Source: Raphidiopsis brookii D9
GTDB taxonomy: Bacteria; Cyanobacteriota; Cyanobacteriia; Cyanobacteriales; Nostocaceae
DNA: 32,000 bases
Direction of reading: 5' to 3'
Assembly: GCA_000175855.1 (NCBI GenBank)
Contig: ACYB01000006.1
Coordinates: 1 to 32,000 of the forward strand
The translations under genes and the position numbers were made by a program. The notes under the pieces are model-generated. The model saw only the letters and a list, made by a program, of their open reading frames with translations. It did no database searches and was not told the origin of the DNA. Positions 18,737 to 28,271 of this stretch are shown piece by piece. How positions within the stretch are numbered: the first letter of the stretch is position 1; every line of letters starts with the position of its first letter.

Positions 18737-19430
18737 ATGAGTTTCGCAAATAACAAAAAAACAAACGAATATAAGGAATTAAAAGAAAAACCACATTGGC
18801 AAGGGACAACGGTCACACCAGCTACAAAAACTACCACCAGATCTAGGGATACTAAATCCCAGGAACCAGTTCAGGGAGCAGACATGAGTGATGATCTCAA
18901 TCGTGGTAGGGTGGCTATTTTTATCGACGGTCTCAATCTATTTCATGCTGCTCTTCAAATAGGCATTGAAATCGACTATGTTAAATTATTGTGTCGTTTA
19001 ACTCAAACCTCTAGACTATTAAGAGCTTTTTTTTATACTGGAGTTGATACTAGTAAGGAGAAACAACAGGGGTTTTTGTTGTGGATGCGTCGTAATGGTT
19101 ATCGAGTGGTAACCAAGGATATAATTGCACTTACGGAAAATGGTAAAAAACCCAAATCTCAATGTGGAAATTGCTGTGGATATGATTACCTTAGCTCCTT
19201 ATTATGATACTGCTGTACTAGTCAGCGGGGATGGGGATCTAGCCTACGCTGTTAATGCTGTCACCAGTTTAGGATCGCGGGTAGAAGTTATAGGTCTGCA
19301 AACTATGACTAGCGATAGTCTCATTGATGTGGCAGATTATTTTATTGATTTTGATAGCATTAAACAATACATTCAGAAAGACTCCCAATTTGGCTACAAT
19401 TATCGTTCTTCGCCGACTTCTCATCTTTGA
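18737..19430 (+). pseudogene. NYN-domain (LabA/DUF88-like) protein interrupted by a +1 frameshift in an A6 run
   Basis: ORF 18737-19207 carries RVAIFIDGLNLFHAA ... FFYTG ... WMRRNGYRVVTKD. ORF 19125-19430 continues in another frame with NLNVEIAVDMITLAPYYDTAVLVSGDGDLAYAV. Removing one A from the run at 19145-19150 joins them as ...TENGKNPNLNVEIAVDM.... A likely start is the ATG at 18884 (GGGAG-N5). Confidence 0.75.
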
Positions 19431-19647
19431 CGGGGAGGGCTATTGACTGGGTCCAAATATAGTGTATGATCTTATGGAAAGATTTATATGTTCGCGACTT
19501 TAGTAAACTGGGCATGGTTTTTAGTCACCAAGTGCATGAAACCCATAGCCATAGTCGCCTGCAGCGTAGGCAAACCAGAATGCCCACCTGGACTTTTATC
19601 CATTAAAGCTGTTTATTGTTTATAACATTCTGGCTCAGACTATATAA

Positions 19648-19986
19648 GTGCAATACATGAGGACTGTGATACACAACTTAACCAATCAATTACAGTTAAC
19701 ATTAGTAATTACCTACACACTAATGGGTAGCTATTTTTTTGCCAACTGGTTTACATTCTCTCACCGTCACCCTGCATCAACCCCGGAAGAGAAGTTCTTA
19801 TCACTAATTATATCCTTAGTGACCACTGTTTTCTGGCCTCTGATTATTCCCATATCCTGTGTAAAAATTCTCAAAACCCGTCAACTGCGATCGGATACGG
19901 TTATTCCTCTACTTTTAGTACTGTTGGGTTTAACGGTCTCTTATATAAGTTGTCAGTTGTTGAAACTGGTATATTTACCAAGTTAA
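19648..19986 (+). CDS. Hypothetical small membrane protein
   Basis: 112-aa ORF with three hydrophobic stretches. GTG start at 19648, with an alternative ATG at 19657. No family recognised. Confidence 0.4.
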   Translation: MQYMRTVIHNLTNQLQLTLVITYTLMGSYFFANWFTFSHRHPASTPEEKFLSLIISLVTTVFWPLIIPISCVKILKTRQLRSDTVIPLLLVLLGLTVSYISCQLLKLVYLPS

Positions 19987-20026
19987 CGCCGGATGGGAAG
20001 ATGGAGGTAACAAGAGATTTTGTACT

Positions 20027-20060
20027 AAACTACTCCACGAACAAATCCGTAGAGTAGTTT
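20027..20060. terminator. Candidate hairpin between convergent genes (9-bp perfect stem AAACTACTC / GAGTAGTTT, 16-nt loop)
   Basis: Arms at 20027-20035 and 20052-20060, lying between the stop at 19986 (+) and the htrA stop at 20067 (-). The stem is AT-rich and no strong U-tract follows, so the call is weak. Confidence 0.3.
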
Positions 20061-20066
20061 ATTGAT

Positions 20067-21302
20067 CTACTGCATGCCAGTGGGAAAAATTCCCGGTTTG
20101 ACCGCAATATTGATGGTTTGTCCATTACGACGCAAGTCCAGACGTAAATTTCCTCCCACTTGGGCCAATTCTACAGCTTTCTGTACAGCAGAGCTGTCGG
20201 TGATCACTTCACCATTTAGCCTAACAATAACATCTCCAATGCGTATTCCAGCTTTCGCTGCAGGTGAATTGGGAATAACCCTAATGATTAATACTCCCTG
20301 ATTTTCACTCACAGTCAACCCGCTATTAGGATCGGAATTGATTCTTTGTCTTAAATCTGGGGTGATGGAAACCATCTGAATTCCTAAATAGGGATGTTGA
20401 GCTTTACCTGTGGTTATTATTTGATTAGAAATACGTTGTGCCGTGTTAATGGGAATTGAAAATCCTAATCCTTGTGCACCCTGAATAATGGCCGTGTTTA
20501 TACCAATTACTTCTCCTCGGGCGTTTAGCAACGGACCACCTGAATTGCCTGGATTAATTGCAGCGTCAGTTTGAATAAATTCGACCCGCTTATCGGGAAC
20601 CCCCACTTGATTACTGGATCTACCAGTGGCACTAATAATACCTGTTGTTACTGTGTTATCTAGTCCTAAAGGATTGCCAATGGCGATCGCCCATTGTCCT
20701 GGTTGTAACTGTTCCGAGTTACCTAGGATGACTGTTGGTAGATTTTTAGCCTCGATTTTCACCACCGCCACATCCGTGAGTTGGTCTGCTCCCAGTACTC
20801 TACCTTCAAAGGTTCTTCCATCTTTGAGGGTGACAGTTACCCTATCTGCACCCTCTACCACATGAGCATTAGTGAGAATACGACCATCATCGCTAATAAT
20901 AAAACCCGAACCAGCTCCCCTTTCTACCCTATTTTCCCTCCGTGGTATCCTAGGACCAAAAAAGCGTCGTAGATCCTCAAATTCATCTGGTGCTTGAGTT
21001 CTTACGGTGCGGGAAGAGTTAATTCTCACTACTGAGGGGCCAACCTTGCGAACCACCTCAGTCACAAAATTACCGTCTTCATTTCCCGGTAGTGGTGCAG
21101 CATGAACGCTCTCCACACCAAGTTTGGATCCACTCTTGGTCAAAGCTTCCTGATTATTTGTTAGATAACCACCTGTCACAGTAATCCCTGAACCTAATAA
21201 TATTAGGGATAGGGAGGTCAACCCTTGTTTCCAATATTTCCAGGGTGAATTATTGCTGTTTATAGTTAAAGTATTATCTGCTGGTTGTTTTCCCTTAGAC
21301 AT
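20067..21302 (-). CDS. HtrA/DegP-family serine protease with C-terminal PDZ domain
   Basis: 411 aa with an N-terminal membrane anchor and trypsin-like catalytic motifs (TNAHVV, D in DVAVVKI, GNSGGPL), followed by a PDZ-like region (GVLIIRVIPNSPAAKAGIRIGDVI). Confidence 0.9.
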   Translation of the reverse strand: MSKGKQPADNTLTINSNNSPWKYWKQGLTSLSLILLGSGITVTGGYLTNNQEALTKSGSKLGVESVHAAPLPGNEDGNFVTEVVRKVGPSVVRINSSRTVRTQAPDEFEDLRRFFGPRIPRRENRVERGAGSGFIISDDGRILTNAHVVEGADRVTVTLKDGRTFEGRVLGADQLTDVAVVKIEAKNLPTVILGNSEQLQPGQWAIAIGNPLGLDNTVTTGIISATGRSSNQVGVPDKRVEFIQTDAAINPGNSGGPLLNARGEVIGINTAIIQGAQGLGFSIPINTAQRISNQIITTGKAQHPYLGIQMVSITPDLRQRINSDPNSGLTVSENQGVLIIRVIPNSPAAKAGIRIGDVIVRLNGEVITDSSAVQKAVELAQVGGNLRLDLRRNGQTINIAVKPGIFPTGMQ

Positions 21303-21475
21303 TTTCCGATCTCAAAAAATATAGGCCGTTACTACTAATGTAGATATTTTTGGCTGGATTTTGTTCCCATATCCAGCTGACATCAACTAGAGAATGTAAA
21401 TTTTTGATAAATTTTGAGAAAATCTGTTAAGATAGTAGGCATCTTAGATTTATAGTAACTTTACCTAGGGGGTTT

Positions 21476-22735
21476 TTGAAAAGACTAATTCTGTTGGTTT
21501 TAGCAGTAGCCACCGTTGGTGGAGGAGTTGCAACCTATACTTTTAATCATTCTACTAAGGCCAGTAGTGCTAGTACCGGGGAAGTGGAGGAAACTTTGCC
21601 TGCTCCCACTTTGGTGACAGCATTGGGGAGATTAGAACCGGAAACACCAGTGATTAAATTGTCTGCACCCCTAGCACTAGATGGGGACAGGGTGGAAAAA
21701 ATCCTCCTTCAAGAGGGTGATGTGGTCAAAGCAGGTCAGATAATTGCCATATTAGATTCCCGGAATAAATTGCAAAGTGCGGTCGAAAGAGCACAAAAAC
21801 AAGTGAATGTTGCTCAAGCTAAATTAGAGCAAATTAAATCAGGTGCTAAACCAGGAGAGATTCAATCACAAAAAGCGAATGTAGAAAAGTTAAAGGCAGA
21901 GTATGAAGGCAACAAGAATGCTTACATACAAACTATTGCTAGGATAGAAGCCCAATGGCAAGGTGATAGAACTGCTCAGGAGGCAAATATTCGACAATTG
22001 GCTGCGGAACTGAAAAATGCTAAGTCGGAATATCAACGTTATCAACAGTTATATTCTCAAGGAGCAGTTTCTAATTCTTTAATTGACAGTAAACGGTTAA
22101 ATGTGGAGACCAGCGAACAAAAACTAACCGAAGCTAGGGCTATTTTGAAACGGATTAATACCACCGCTAGTAAACAAATGGCGGAAGCTAGGGTAGAACT
22201 GAAGAGAATTAGTAACACTGGTACGAAACAAATTAGGGCAGCTGAAGAAACACTAAATAGTATTGCCGAGGTTCGTGCTGTAGATGTGAATTTAGCTAGA
22301 ACAGAACTTGAAAGTGCCATTTCAGTTCTTGACAGTGCTAAGACTGATCTGGAATCAGCTTTTATTCGCGCTCCTATGAGTGGTAGAATTCTGAAAATTC
22401 ATACTCGTGTGGGTGAGAAAATTACCGCATCAGGTATTGCGGATTTTGCCCAAACGGAAAAAATGTCAGTGGTAGCAGAAGTTTACCAAACTGATATCAA
22501 TCGAGTCAAGATTGGGCAAAAGGCCAAGATTATGAGTCCTACATTATCAGAAAAATTAGAAGGTAATGTAATTCAAATTGGTTTACAAGTCAATCGTCAA
22601 AATGTGTTTAGTAACCAACCTGGTGAAAATCTAGACAGTCGAGTGGTTGAGGTGAAAATTCGCCTCACTCCCCAGGATAGCAAAAAGGTTGCTGGACTAA
22701 CTAACTTACAAGTGCAAACAGCAATTGAATTGTAA
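21476..22735 (+). CDS. devB: ABC exporter membrane fusion protein, DevB/HlyD family
   Basis: 419 aa with an N-terminal anchor, a long coiled-coil middle and HlyD-type beta-barrel ends (TALGRLEPE, IRAPMSGRILKIH). TTG start. It is followed directly by DevC- and DevA-type genes. Confidence 0.8.
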   Translation: MKRLILLVLAVATVGGGVATYTFNHSTKASSASTGEVEETLPAPTLVTALGRLEPETPVIKLSAPLALDGDRVEKILLQEGDVVKAGQIIAILDSRNKLQSAVERAQKQVNVAQAKLEQIKSGAKPGEIQSQKANVEKLKAEYEGNKNAYIQTIARIEAQWQGDRTAQEANIRQLAAELKNAKSEYQRYQQLYSQGAVSNSLIDSKRLNVETSEQKLTEARAILKRINTTASKQMAEARVELKRISNTGTKQIRAAEETLNSIAEVRAVDVNLARTELESAISVLDSAKTDLESAFIRAPMSGRILKIHTRVGEKITASGIADFAQTEKMSVVAEVYQTDINRVKIGQKAKIMSPTLSEKLEGNVIQIGLQVNRQNVFSNQPGENLDSRVVEVKIRLTPQDSKKVAGLTNLQVQTAIEL

Positions 22736-22809
22736 TTTTTTCTACCTAAATTCATTTAGGAATAAACTTTACTAAAATAAAATCTCTTATTTAAGTATGT
22801 GTAAGGTCC

Positions 22810-23991
22810 ATGATATCAAAACTTTTTCTTAAAACCCCTTTAGCGTGGCGACAGCTGATGAAAGAAAGAACCCGATTGGCAGTAGCTGTAGCGGGTATTA
22901 CTTTTGCTGATATGCTGATCTTTATCCAGATGGGATTTGAAAGTGCTTTATTTGATGCAGCAATTCAACCCCACCGCAAATTGCTGGGAGATTTAGTGTT
23001 AATTAATCCTCAATTTAATAGCTTGTTTTCCACGAAAAGTTTTTCTAGAGATAAACTATATCAAGCACTAAGTTATGATGGGGTAGCATCGGTTAATTCT
23101 ATTTACATTGGTACGGCACAATGGCGTAATCCTCAAACGCGGATTGATCGACCAATTTTGGTTTGGGGAGTTGATCCCTATCAACCCGGATTGAGATTTC
23201 CCGAAGTAGAAAAAAATAAAGATTCTCTCAAATCACTCAATCATATTATGTTTGACCAAGCTGGTCGTCCCGAATATGGTGAGGTTGGTAAAATTTTTCA
23301 AAAAACCGGTAACTTTCAAACGGAACTGAATAATAATTTGGTCAGCGTTAGGGGTTTATTTAGTAATGGTGCTTCCTTTGCAGCTGATGGCAATGTGGTG
23401 GCTAGTGACTCCACATTTTTACGATTATTCCCCCAACGCAAACCCGATCAAATTGAAGTGGGACTAATTAATTTAAAACCCGGTACAGATATCCAAAAGT
23501 TAAAGGCACAACTGAAAATTGGGTTGAACCCTGATCCTAGTAAACCATTTGTGGAAGTGGGCACAACAGAGGATTTTGCCCAAAAAGAAAAGAATTATTG
23601 GGCTACTAGCACGGGGATTGGGTTCATTTTTGGTTTGGGTGTAGCGGTGGGTTTTATTGTTGGTATTGTCATTGTCTATCAGATTCTTTATTCAGACGTT
23701 TCTGACCATCTTCCTGAATATGCTACCCTCAAGGCTATGGGTTACACTGATTGGTATCTTTTAGGAGTTTTGATTCAGGAATCTTTATTTTTGGCTGTTC
23801 TGGGTTATTTGCCTTCACTATTCCTCTCTTTGGGATTATATCAATTAACTTTTGTTGCTACCATGTTACCCATTACTATGAAAGCTGAACGGGCAATTAA
23901 TGTTTTTATTTTAACGGTAATTATGTGTAGTATTTCCGGAGCGATCGCCCTAGGGAAACTTCGTTCTGCTGACCCGGCTGATATTTTTTAG
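22810..23991 (+). CDS. devC: ABC exporter permease, DevC family (FtsX-like)
   Basis: 393 aa with one N-terminal TM segment, a large periplasmic loop and a C-terminal FtsX-type 3-TM bundle (LKAMGYTDWYL). It lies between the devB-like and devA-like genes. Confidence 0.85.
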   Translation: MISKLFLKTPLAWRQLMKERTRLAVAVAGITFADMLIFIQMGFESALFDAAIQPHRKLLGDLVLINPQFNSLFSTKSFSRDKLYQALSYDGVASVNSIYIGTAQWRNPQTRIDRPILVWGVDPYQPGLRFPEVEKNKDSLKSLNHIMFDQAGRPEYGEVGKIFQKTGNFQTELNNNLVSVRGLFSNGASFAADGNVVASDSTFLRLFPQRKPDQIEVGLINLKPGTDIQKLKAQLKIGLNPDPSKPFVEVGTTEDFAQKEKNYWATSTGIGFIFGLGVAVGFIVGIVIVYQILYSDVSDHLPEYATLKAMGYTDWYLLGVLIQESLFLAVLGYLPSLFLSLGLYQLTFVATMLPITMKAERAINVFILTVIMCSISGAIALGKLRSADPADIF

Positions 23992-24016
23992 ATATTTTTG
24001 AAATAAGGAGAATGTT

Positions 24017-24721
24017 ATGTTAGGAATTAGCTATGATGCAAAAATAGCAACTCAGATGGTAATTGAAGTTTCTCAACTCAATCATTATTTTGGTGAAGGT
24101 GCTTTAAAAAAACAGGTTCTATTTGATATTAATTTACAGATTAAATCTGGAGAAATTGTAATTATGACAGGTCCTTCTGGTTCAGGTAAAACCACTCTCT
24201 TATCTTTAATGGGTGGTTTACGTTCTGCACAAGAAGGTAGCTTACAGATACTCAACCAACAGGTTTGTGGTGTTAGTAAGAGAGTCTTAACCAAAATGCG
24301 AAGACAAATAGGCTATATTTTTCAGGCTCATAATTTAATGAGCTTTTTAACTGCAAAAGAGAATGTAAAAATGTCCTTAGAACTGCACCCTGAGTATTTA
24401 AATCAAGATATTAATACTAAAGCTATAGCAATGTTAGAGCAAGTTGGACTAGGCGATCGAGTTAACTACTATCCAGAAAGTTTATCAGGAGGACAAAAGC
24501 AAAGAGTTGCGATCGCTCGTGCATTAGTCAGTCATCCCAAAATAGTACTAGCGGACGAACCAACTGCTTCCCTAGATAAACAATCAGGAAGGGATGTGGT
24601 GGAGCTAATGCAAAAGTTGGCTAAAGAACAGGGTTGCACGATTTTACTAGTTACCCATGACAATCGGATTTTAGATATAGCAGATCGAATCATTTATATG
24701 GAAGATGGTCAACTGCGTTGA
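24017..24721 (+). CDS. devA: ABC exporter ATP-binding protein, DevA family
   Basis: 234 aa with Walker A GPSGSGKTT, signature LSGGQKQRVAIARAL, Walker B VLADEPT and the DevA-like tail LLVTHDNRILDIADRIIYMEDGQL. Confidence 0.9.
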   Translation: MLGISYDAKIATQMVIEVSQLNHYFGEGALKKQVLFDINLQIKSGEIVIMTGPSGSGKTTLLSLMGGLRSAQEGSLQILNQQVCGVSKRVLTKMRRQIGYIFQAHNLMSFLTAKENVKMSLELHPEYLNQDINTKAIAMLEQVGLGDRVNYYPESLSGGQKQRVAIARALVSHPKIVLADEPTASLDKQSGRDVVELMQKLAKEQGCTILLVTHDNRILDIADRIIYMEDGQLR

Positions 24722-24818
24722 TCAGGAAATAAAGTATAGATCCATTACCAACAAACTGTTGTACCATATATAGTGTATGGCTTAAAAAAATTTAGTCAAT
24801 AAATTAGGGGAGATACTT

Positions 24819-25025
24819 ATGAAAATTTGGATCAATGAGCAGATCGATCCCTCAGGGATGATTCATGCTTGTATAGCTTGTTATGATGAAGACCAGGCTA
24901 AAGAATGTCATAATTCCTTTAGTCATGGCTTAACGGAAGGACAAAAAGCTGCTGGTTGGATAGCAAAGTTACGCACGGTAGAAACCTGGGACGAAGTACC
25001 AGTTAATGCTTTAAAGCTGAATTAG
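24819..25025 (+). CDS. Hypothetical small protein (68 aa)
   Basis: The ORF is preceded by GGGGAG-N7-ATG. No family recognised. Confidence 0.35.
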   Translation: MKIWINEQIDPSGMIHACIACYDEDQAKECHNSFSHGLTEGQKAAGWIAKLRTVETWDEVPVNALKLN

Positions 25026-25147
25026 GTGTGGAGTAGATATAGTTTTGCCTGAACTTGATGATGATTATGGGAAGGTTGATTTTTGAGCAGTCTTCAGAGT
25101 TATGATCATAGACAATTAAAAAACAAACTTGCAAAAACCGATTAAAT

Positions 25148-25708
25148 GTGGTCAACTCTCTGAGTGTTCGCACTTCCGATCCCAGCTATCCTATTAATTT
25201 GGTTGGCAAAACAGGACAAGCTGTGTACATTTCCATTCATAACCCCAGTCAATATATCTGTGCCAACTGCGAACAGATATTGCCAGATTGGAAACAACAA
25301 CAATTCTTATGGGTGATAGTTGTATTACAACAATCAAAATATCCGCTGGTAGAAATGACTGGGGAAATAGAAACAGAAAAAGAAAAACTACGGGAAAAGT
25401 TTATCAGGTTTGGTTGTGATGTGACTTTTAATTTACGAGATCAAGGTTATACTACCGATTTAATTGATCCCCGCACGGGTTATCCCCTACTTTCCCATCC
25501 GGGTCTGATTCCCCATGATGACACTGCAGTTGCTAAAGCATTGCTAAATTATCCCGTAATTAAAAATAAATGCTGTGTCTTGGTTCATCCCCAGTGGGGT
25601 ACCGCCGTTTATCCCAGTGTTTTACTTTCTAGTGCGCCACCAGAAGTAATCCTATCGGTCATTAAATCTATTGCTCCCTTACATGGTTGGATGGAACCTG
25701 ATAATTAA
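25148..25708 (+). CDS. MMADHC-like protein (homolog of the C-terminal domain of the eukaryotic cobalamin-trafficking protein MMADHC)
   Basis: 186 aa. TDLIDPRTGYPLLS and CCVLVHPQWGTAVYPSVLLSSA resemble, from memory, human MMADHC ADFIDPSSG and [23 protein letters not shown]. GTG start, so the start position is uncertain. Confidence 0.55.
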   Translation: MVNSLSVRTSDPSYPINLVGKTGQAVYISIHNPSQYICANCEQILPDWKQQQFLWVIVVLQQSKYPLVEMTGEIETEKEKLREKFIRFGCDVTFNLRDQGYTTDLIDPRTGYPLLSHPGLIPHDDTAVAKALLNYPVIKNKCCVLVHPQWGTAVYPSVLLSSAPPEVILSVIKSIAPLHGWMEPDN

Positions 25709-25724
25709 CTACCTGTGAACAACC

Positions 25725-26785
25725 CTAAATATGTTTTGGACGTCTTAACTGTCGGGAATTAATCGGAGCCAAAACTTTATTTAAACCCCGCAATTGTTCC
25801 GCTGTACCCATACAAATCAGGGTATCTCCAGATATTAATATTGTATCCCCCGTCGGTCCCCCAATCAAATTTCCATCACTCCGCCGAATTGCTAATACTA
25901 AAGCACCAGTTTGCGATCGCAATTTTGCCTTTTGTAGAGTCTGTCCTAGGAATGGACAATCACCATCCAGTAAAAATTCTTCCATGTATAACTGTCTGTC
26001 CGTCCCCGAAAGTATACCATCAACAAAATCTAGTACCTGGGGTCTTAACGCCGCTGCTGCCATCCTTTTACCTCCAGTAATATATGGTGAAATTACTGTG
26101 TCAGCTCCCCCACGTTGTAGTTTTTGTAATGACTCTTCCGTACTCGCTCGGGCGATCGCCCTGATTTGAGGGTTGAGGGTTTTTGCCGATAATACAGTAT
26201 ATAAATTTTCAGCATCAGAGGGCAAGGCCGCGACAATGCAAACAGCACGTTGTATACCTACCTTCGACAGGGTGTCATCCAAGGTAGCATCACCTTGATA
26301 GACTATATAACCCTGGGACTCCGCCTGTTGTACGGATTCAATTTTAGAATCAATCACTACAAAAGACACGGACTCGGACTGAAATTCTTTAGCAATTTGT
26401 TTACCGGTGCGACTAAAACCACAGATAATGTAGTGATCTATTAATGATTCCATTAAACGCCTTTGTTGTCGAACTTTAATGCCTTGTTGAAAATAACCTC
26501 CAATTATTGCCTCCGTAAACCTATTAACTATGTAACCAATATTAATTACACCCATTAATATCAAGGCAATAGTAAATAAACGCCCGTGACTACCTAGAGG
26601 ATGGGTTTCCCCATATCCCACAGTAGCCAGGGTAATTACGGTCATATAAGCAGCATCCTCCCATGACCACCCTTCCACTAAACAATACCAACAAGTACCA
26701 ATAAAAACACCACAACCAGAGCCAAAGCACCAGCCATTAGCTCCTGCTGAATCCGTTTATATTTATCTTCCAGGGTGGAGTACAC
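25725..26785 (-). pseudogene. Two-TM K+ channel with cytoplasmic RCK (TrkA-N / TrkA-C) domains; N-terminal helix separated by a -1 frameshift in a T5 run
   Basis: ORF 25725-26678 carries the selectivity filter TVGYG, TM2, an RCK Rossmann motif (IICGFSRTG) and a TrkA-C region. The upstream TM1, (V)YSTLEDKYKRIQQELMAGALALVVVF, is in another frame starting at GTG 26785. Adding one T to the run (A5 on the + strand at 26703-26707) gives ...LVVVFFIGTCWYCLVEGWSW.... Confidence 0.85.
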
Positions 26786-26962
26786 AGTTAATCAGAAATT
26801 AAAGAGTGAAATGTCAGAAAACCTAAAAATTTAAAAGTTTATGAAACTTTTATCAACCCTTTACAATAATATATAAGATAACGGATAATTTCGAAATATT
26901 CCGGAAAAACTGGCAAATCAAATAGAGTATTGACAATTAAAAAATTTATTGGAGGTGCGGTA

Positions 26963-28249
26963 GTGAGTATCCAAAGTTTAGTTGAACAGCCGATGATCCG
27001 CCCAAGTCTGTCTGATGCGAATGTGTTTAGTGTGGATAATTTTAACCAAGTGGTGATGTCCACCTACGGACGTTTTTCCATTGCCCTGGAACGAGGTGCT
27101 GGTTGTAGAGTTTGGGATACCCAGGGCAAGGAATATCTTGACTTTGTTGCTGGTATAGCTACTTGTACTTTAGGACACGCTCACCCAGCTATGGTAGAAG
27201 CAGTAACATACCAGATTCAAAAGCTACACCATGTTTCCAACCTCTACTATATTCCAGAACAGGGGGAATTGGCCAAATGGATAGTAGATCATTCCTGTGC
27301 TGACCGAGTATTTTTCTGCAATTCCGGAGCGGAAGCGAATGAAGCAGCGATTAAACTTGCCCGGAAATATGCTCACAAAGTTCTAGACATTGCCCACCCC
27401 ATTATTTTAACTGCTCATGCTAGTTTTCATGGTCGAACCCTAGCTACGGTCACAGCTACCGGACAACCCAAATATCAGAAAAACTTTGATCCCCTAGTTC
27501 CTGGGTTCCATTATATTAAATACAATGATATCAAGGAAGTAGAAGCAGCAGTTAGTGAGTTAGATGAAGGCAATTATCGCGTTTGCGCAATTCTCATTGA
27601 GACCTTACAAGGAGAGGGAGGAGTTCGTCCTGGCGATAAGGAGTATTTCCAACGCTTACGAGAAATTTGTGATGAAACCGGCATTTTATTAATTTTCGAT
27701 GAAGTCCAAGTAGGGATGGGACGCAGCGGTAAATTATGGGGTTACGAACATTTAGGTGTGGAACCAGATATTTTCACCAGTGCCAAGGGGTTAGGTGGAG
27801 GTATTCCCATTGGGGCCATGATGAGCAAGAAGTTCTGTGATATTTTTGAACCCGGGGAACATGCGAGCACATTTGGTGGCAATCCTTTTGCTTGTGGTGT
27901 AGCTTTGACAGTTTGCCAGACCTTGGAAAGGGAAAATGTTTTAGAGAATGTTCAGGAGCAAGGAGCCCATTTACGGGAAGGACTAAAAATGATTGCTCGC
28001 AAATATCCTCGCCATATTTCCCAGGTACGCGGTTGGGGACTAATTAATGGTATGGAAATTAAGGAAGATAGTCCCTTAACCGCATCGGATGTGGTCAGAG
28101 CTGCTATGGAGGAAGGGTTGTTACTAGTACCAGCTGGTCCCAAGGTAGTTCGGTTTGTACCTCCCTTAATTGTTACAGATACTGATATCAATCAGGCATT
28201 ACAGTGTGTAGAAAGGGCTATGGCGAGAATTAGCGATAGACTGATGTGA
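26963..28249 (+). CDS. argD: Acetylornithine aminotransferase (class III PLP aminotransferase)
   Basis: The sequence fits the ArgD family: STYGRF..ERG.GCRVWD, FVAGIATCTLGHAHP, FFCNSGAEANEAAIKLARKY, IFDEVQVGMGRSGKLW and the PLP lysine in TSAKGLGGG. A GTG at 26963, preceded by GGAGG, is the more plausible start; the ORF track's longest ORF begins at TTG 26930. Confidence 0.9.
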   Translation: MSIQSLVEQPMIRPSLSDANVFSVDNFNQVVMSTYGRFSIALERGAGCRVWDTQGKEYLDFVAGIATCTLGHAHPAMVEAVTYQIQKLHHVSNLYYIPEQGELAKWIVDHSCADRVFFCNSGAEANEAAIKLARKYAHKVLDIAHPIILTAHASFHGRTLATVTATGQPKYQKNFDPLVPGFHYIKYNDIKEVEAAVSELDEGNYRVCAILIETLQGEGGVRPGDKEYFQRLREICDETGILLIFDEVQVGMGRSGKLWGYEHLGVEPDIFTSAKGLGGGIPIGAMMSKKFCDIFEPGEHASTFGGNPFACGVALTVCQTLERENVLENVQEQGAHLREGLKMIARKYPRHISQVRGWGLINGMEIKEDSPLTASDVVRAAMEEGLLLVPAGPKVVRFVPPLIVTDTDINQALQCVERAMARISDRLM

Positions 28250-28271
28250 GCGTGAGTGGGGCACGTACCAT

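Noticed and set aside
19488-19625. 45-codon Cys-rich ORF (MFATLVNWAWFLVTKCMKPIAIVACSVGKPECPPGLLSIKAVYCL) downstream of the NYN gene
   Set aside because: It is too short, there is no RBS, and I cannot test conservation. I note it only in case comparative data support it.
21385-21410. An NtcA site in the htrA/devB spacer (GTAAATTTTTGATA)
   Set aside because: The second half is ATA rather than TAC, and I could not confirm a correctly spaced -10 box.
26839-27063. 74-aa minus-strand ORF in the K+ channel / argD spacer
   Set aside because: It overlaps the argD 5' end on the opposite strand, the translation is AT-rich and low in complexity, and there is no motif.
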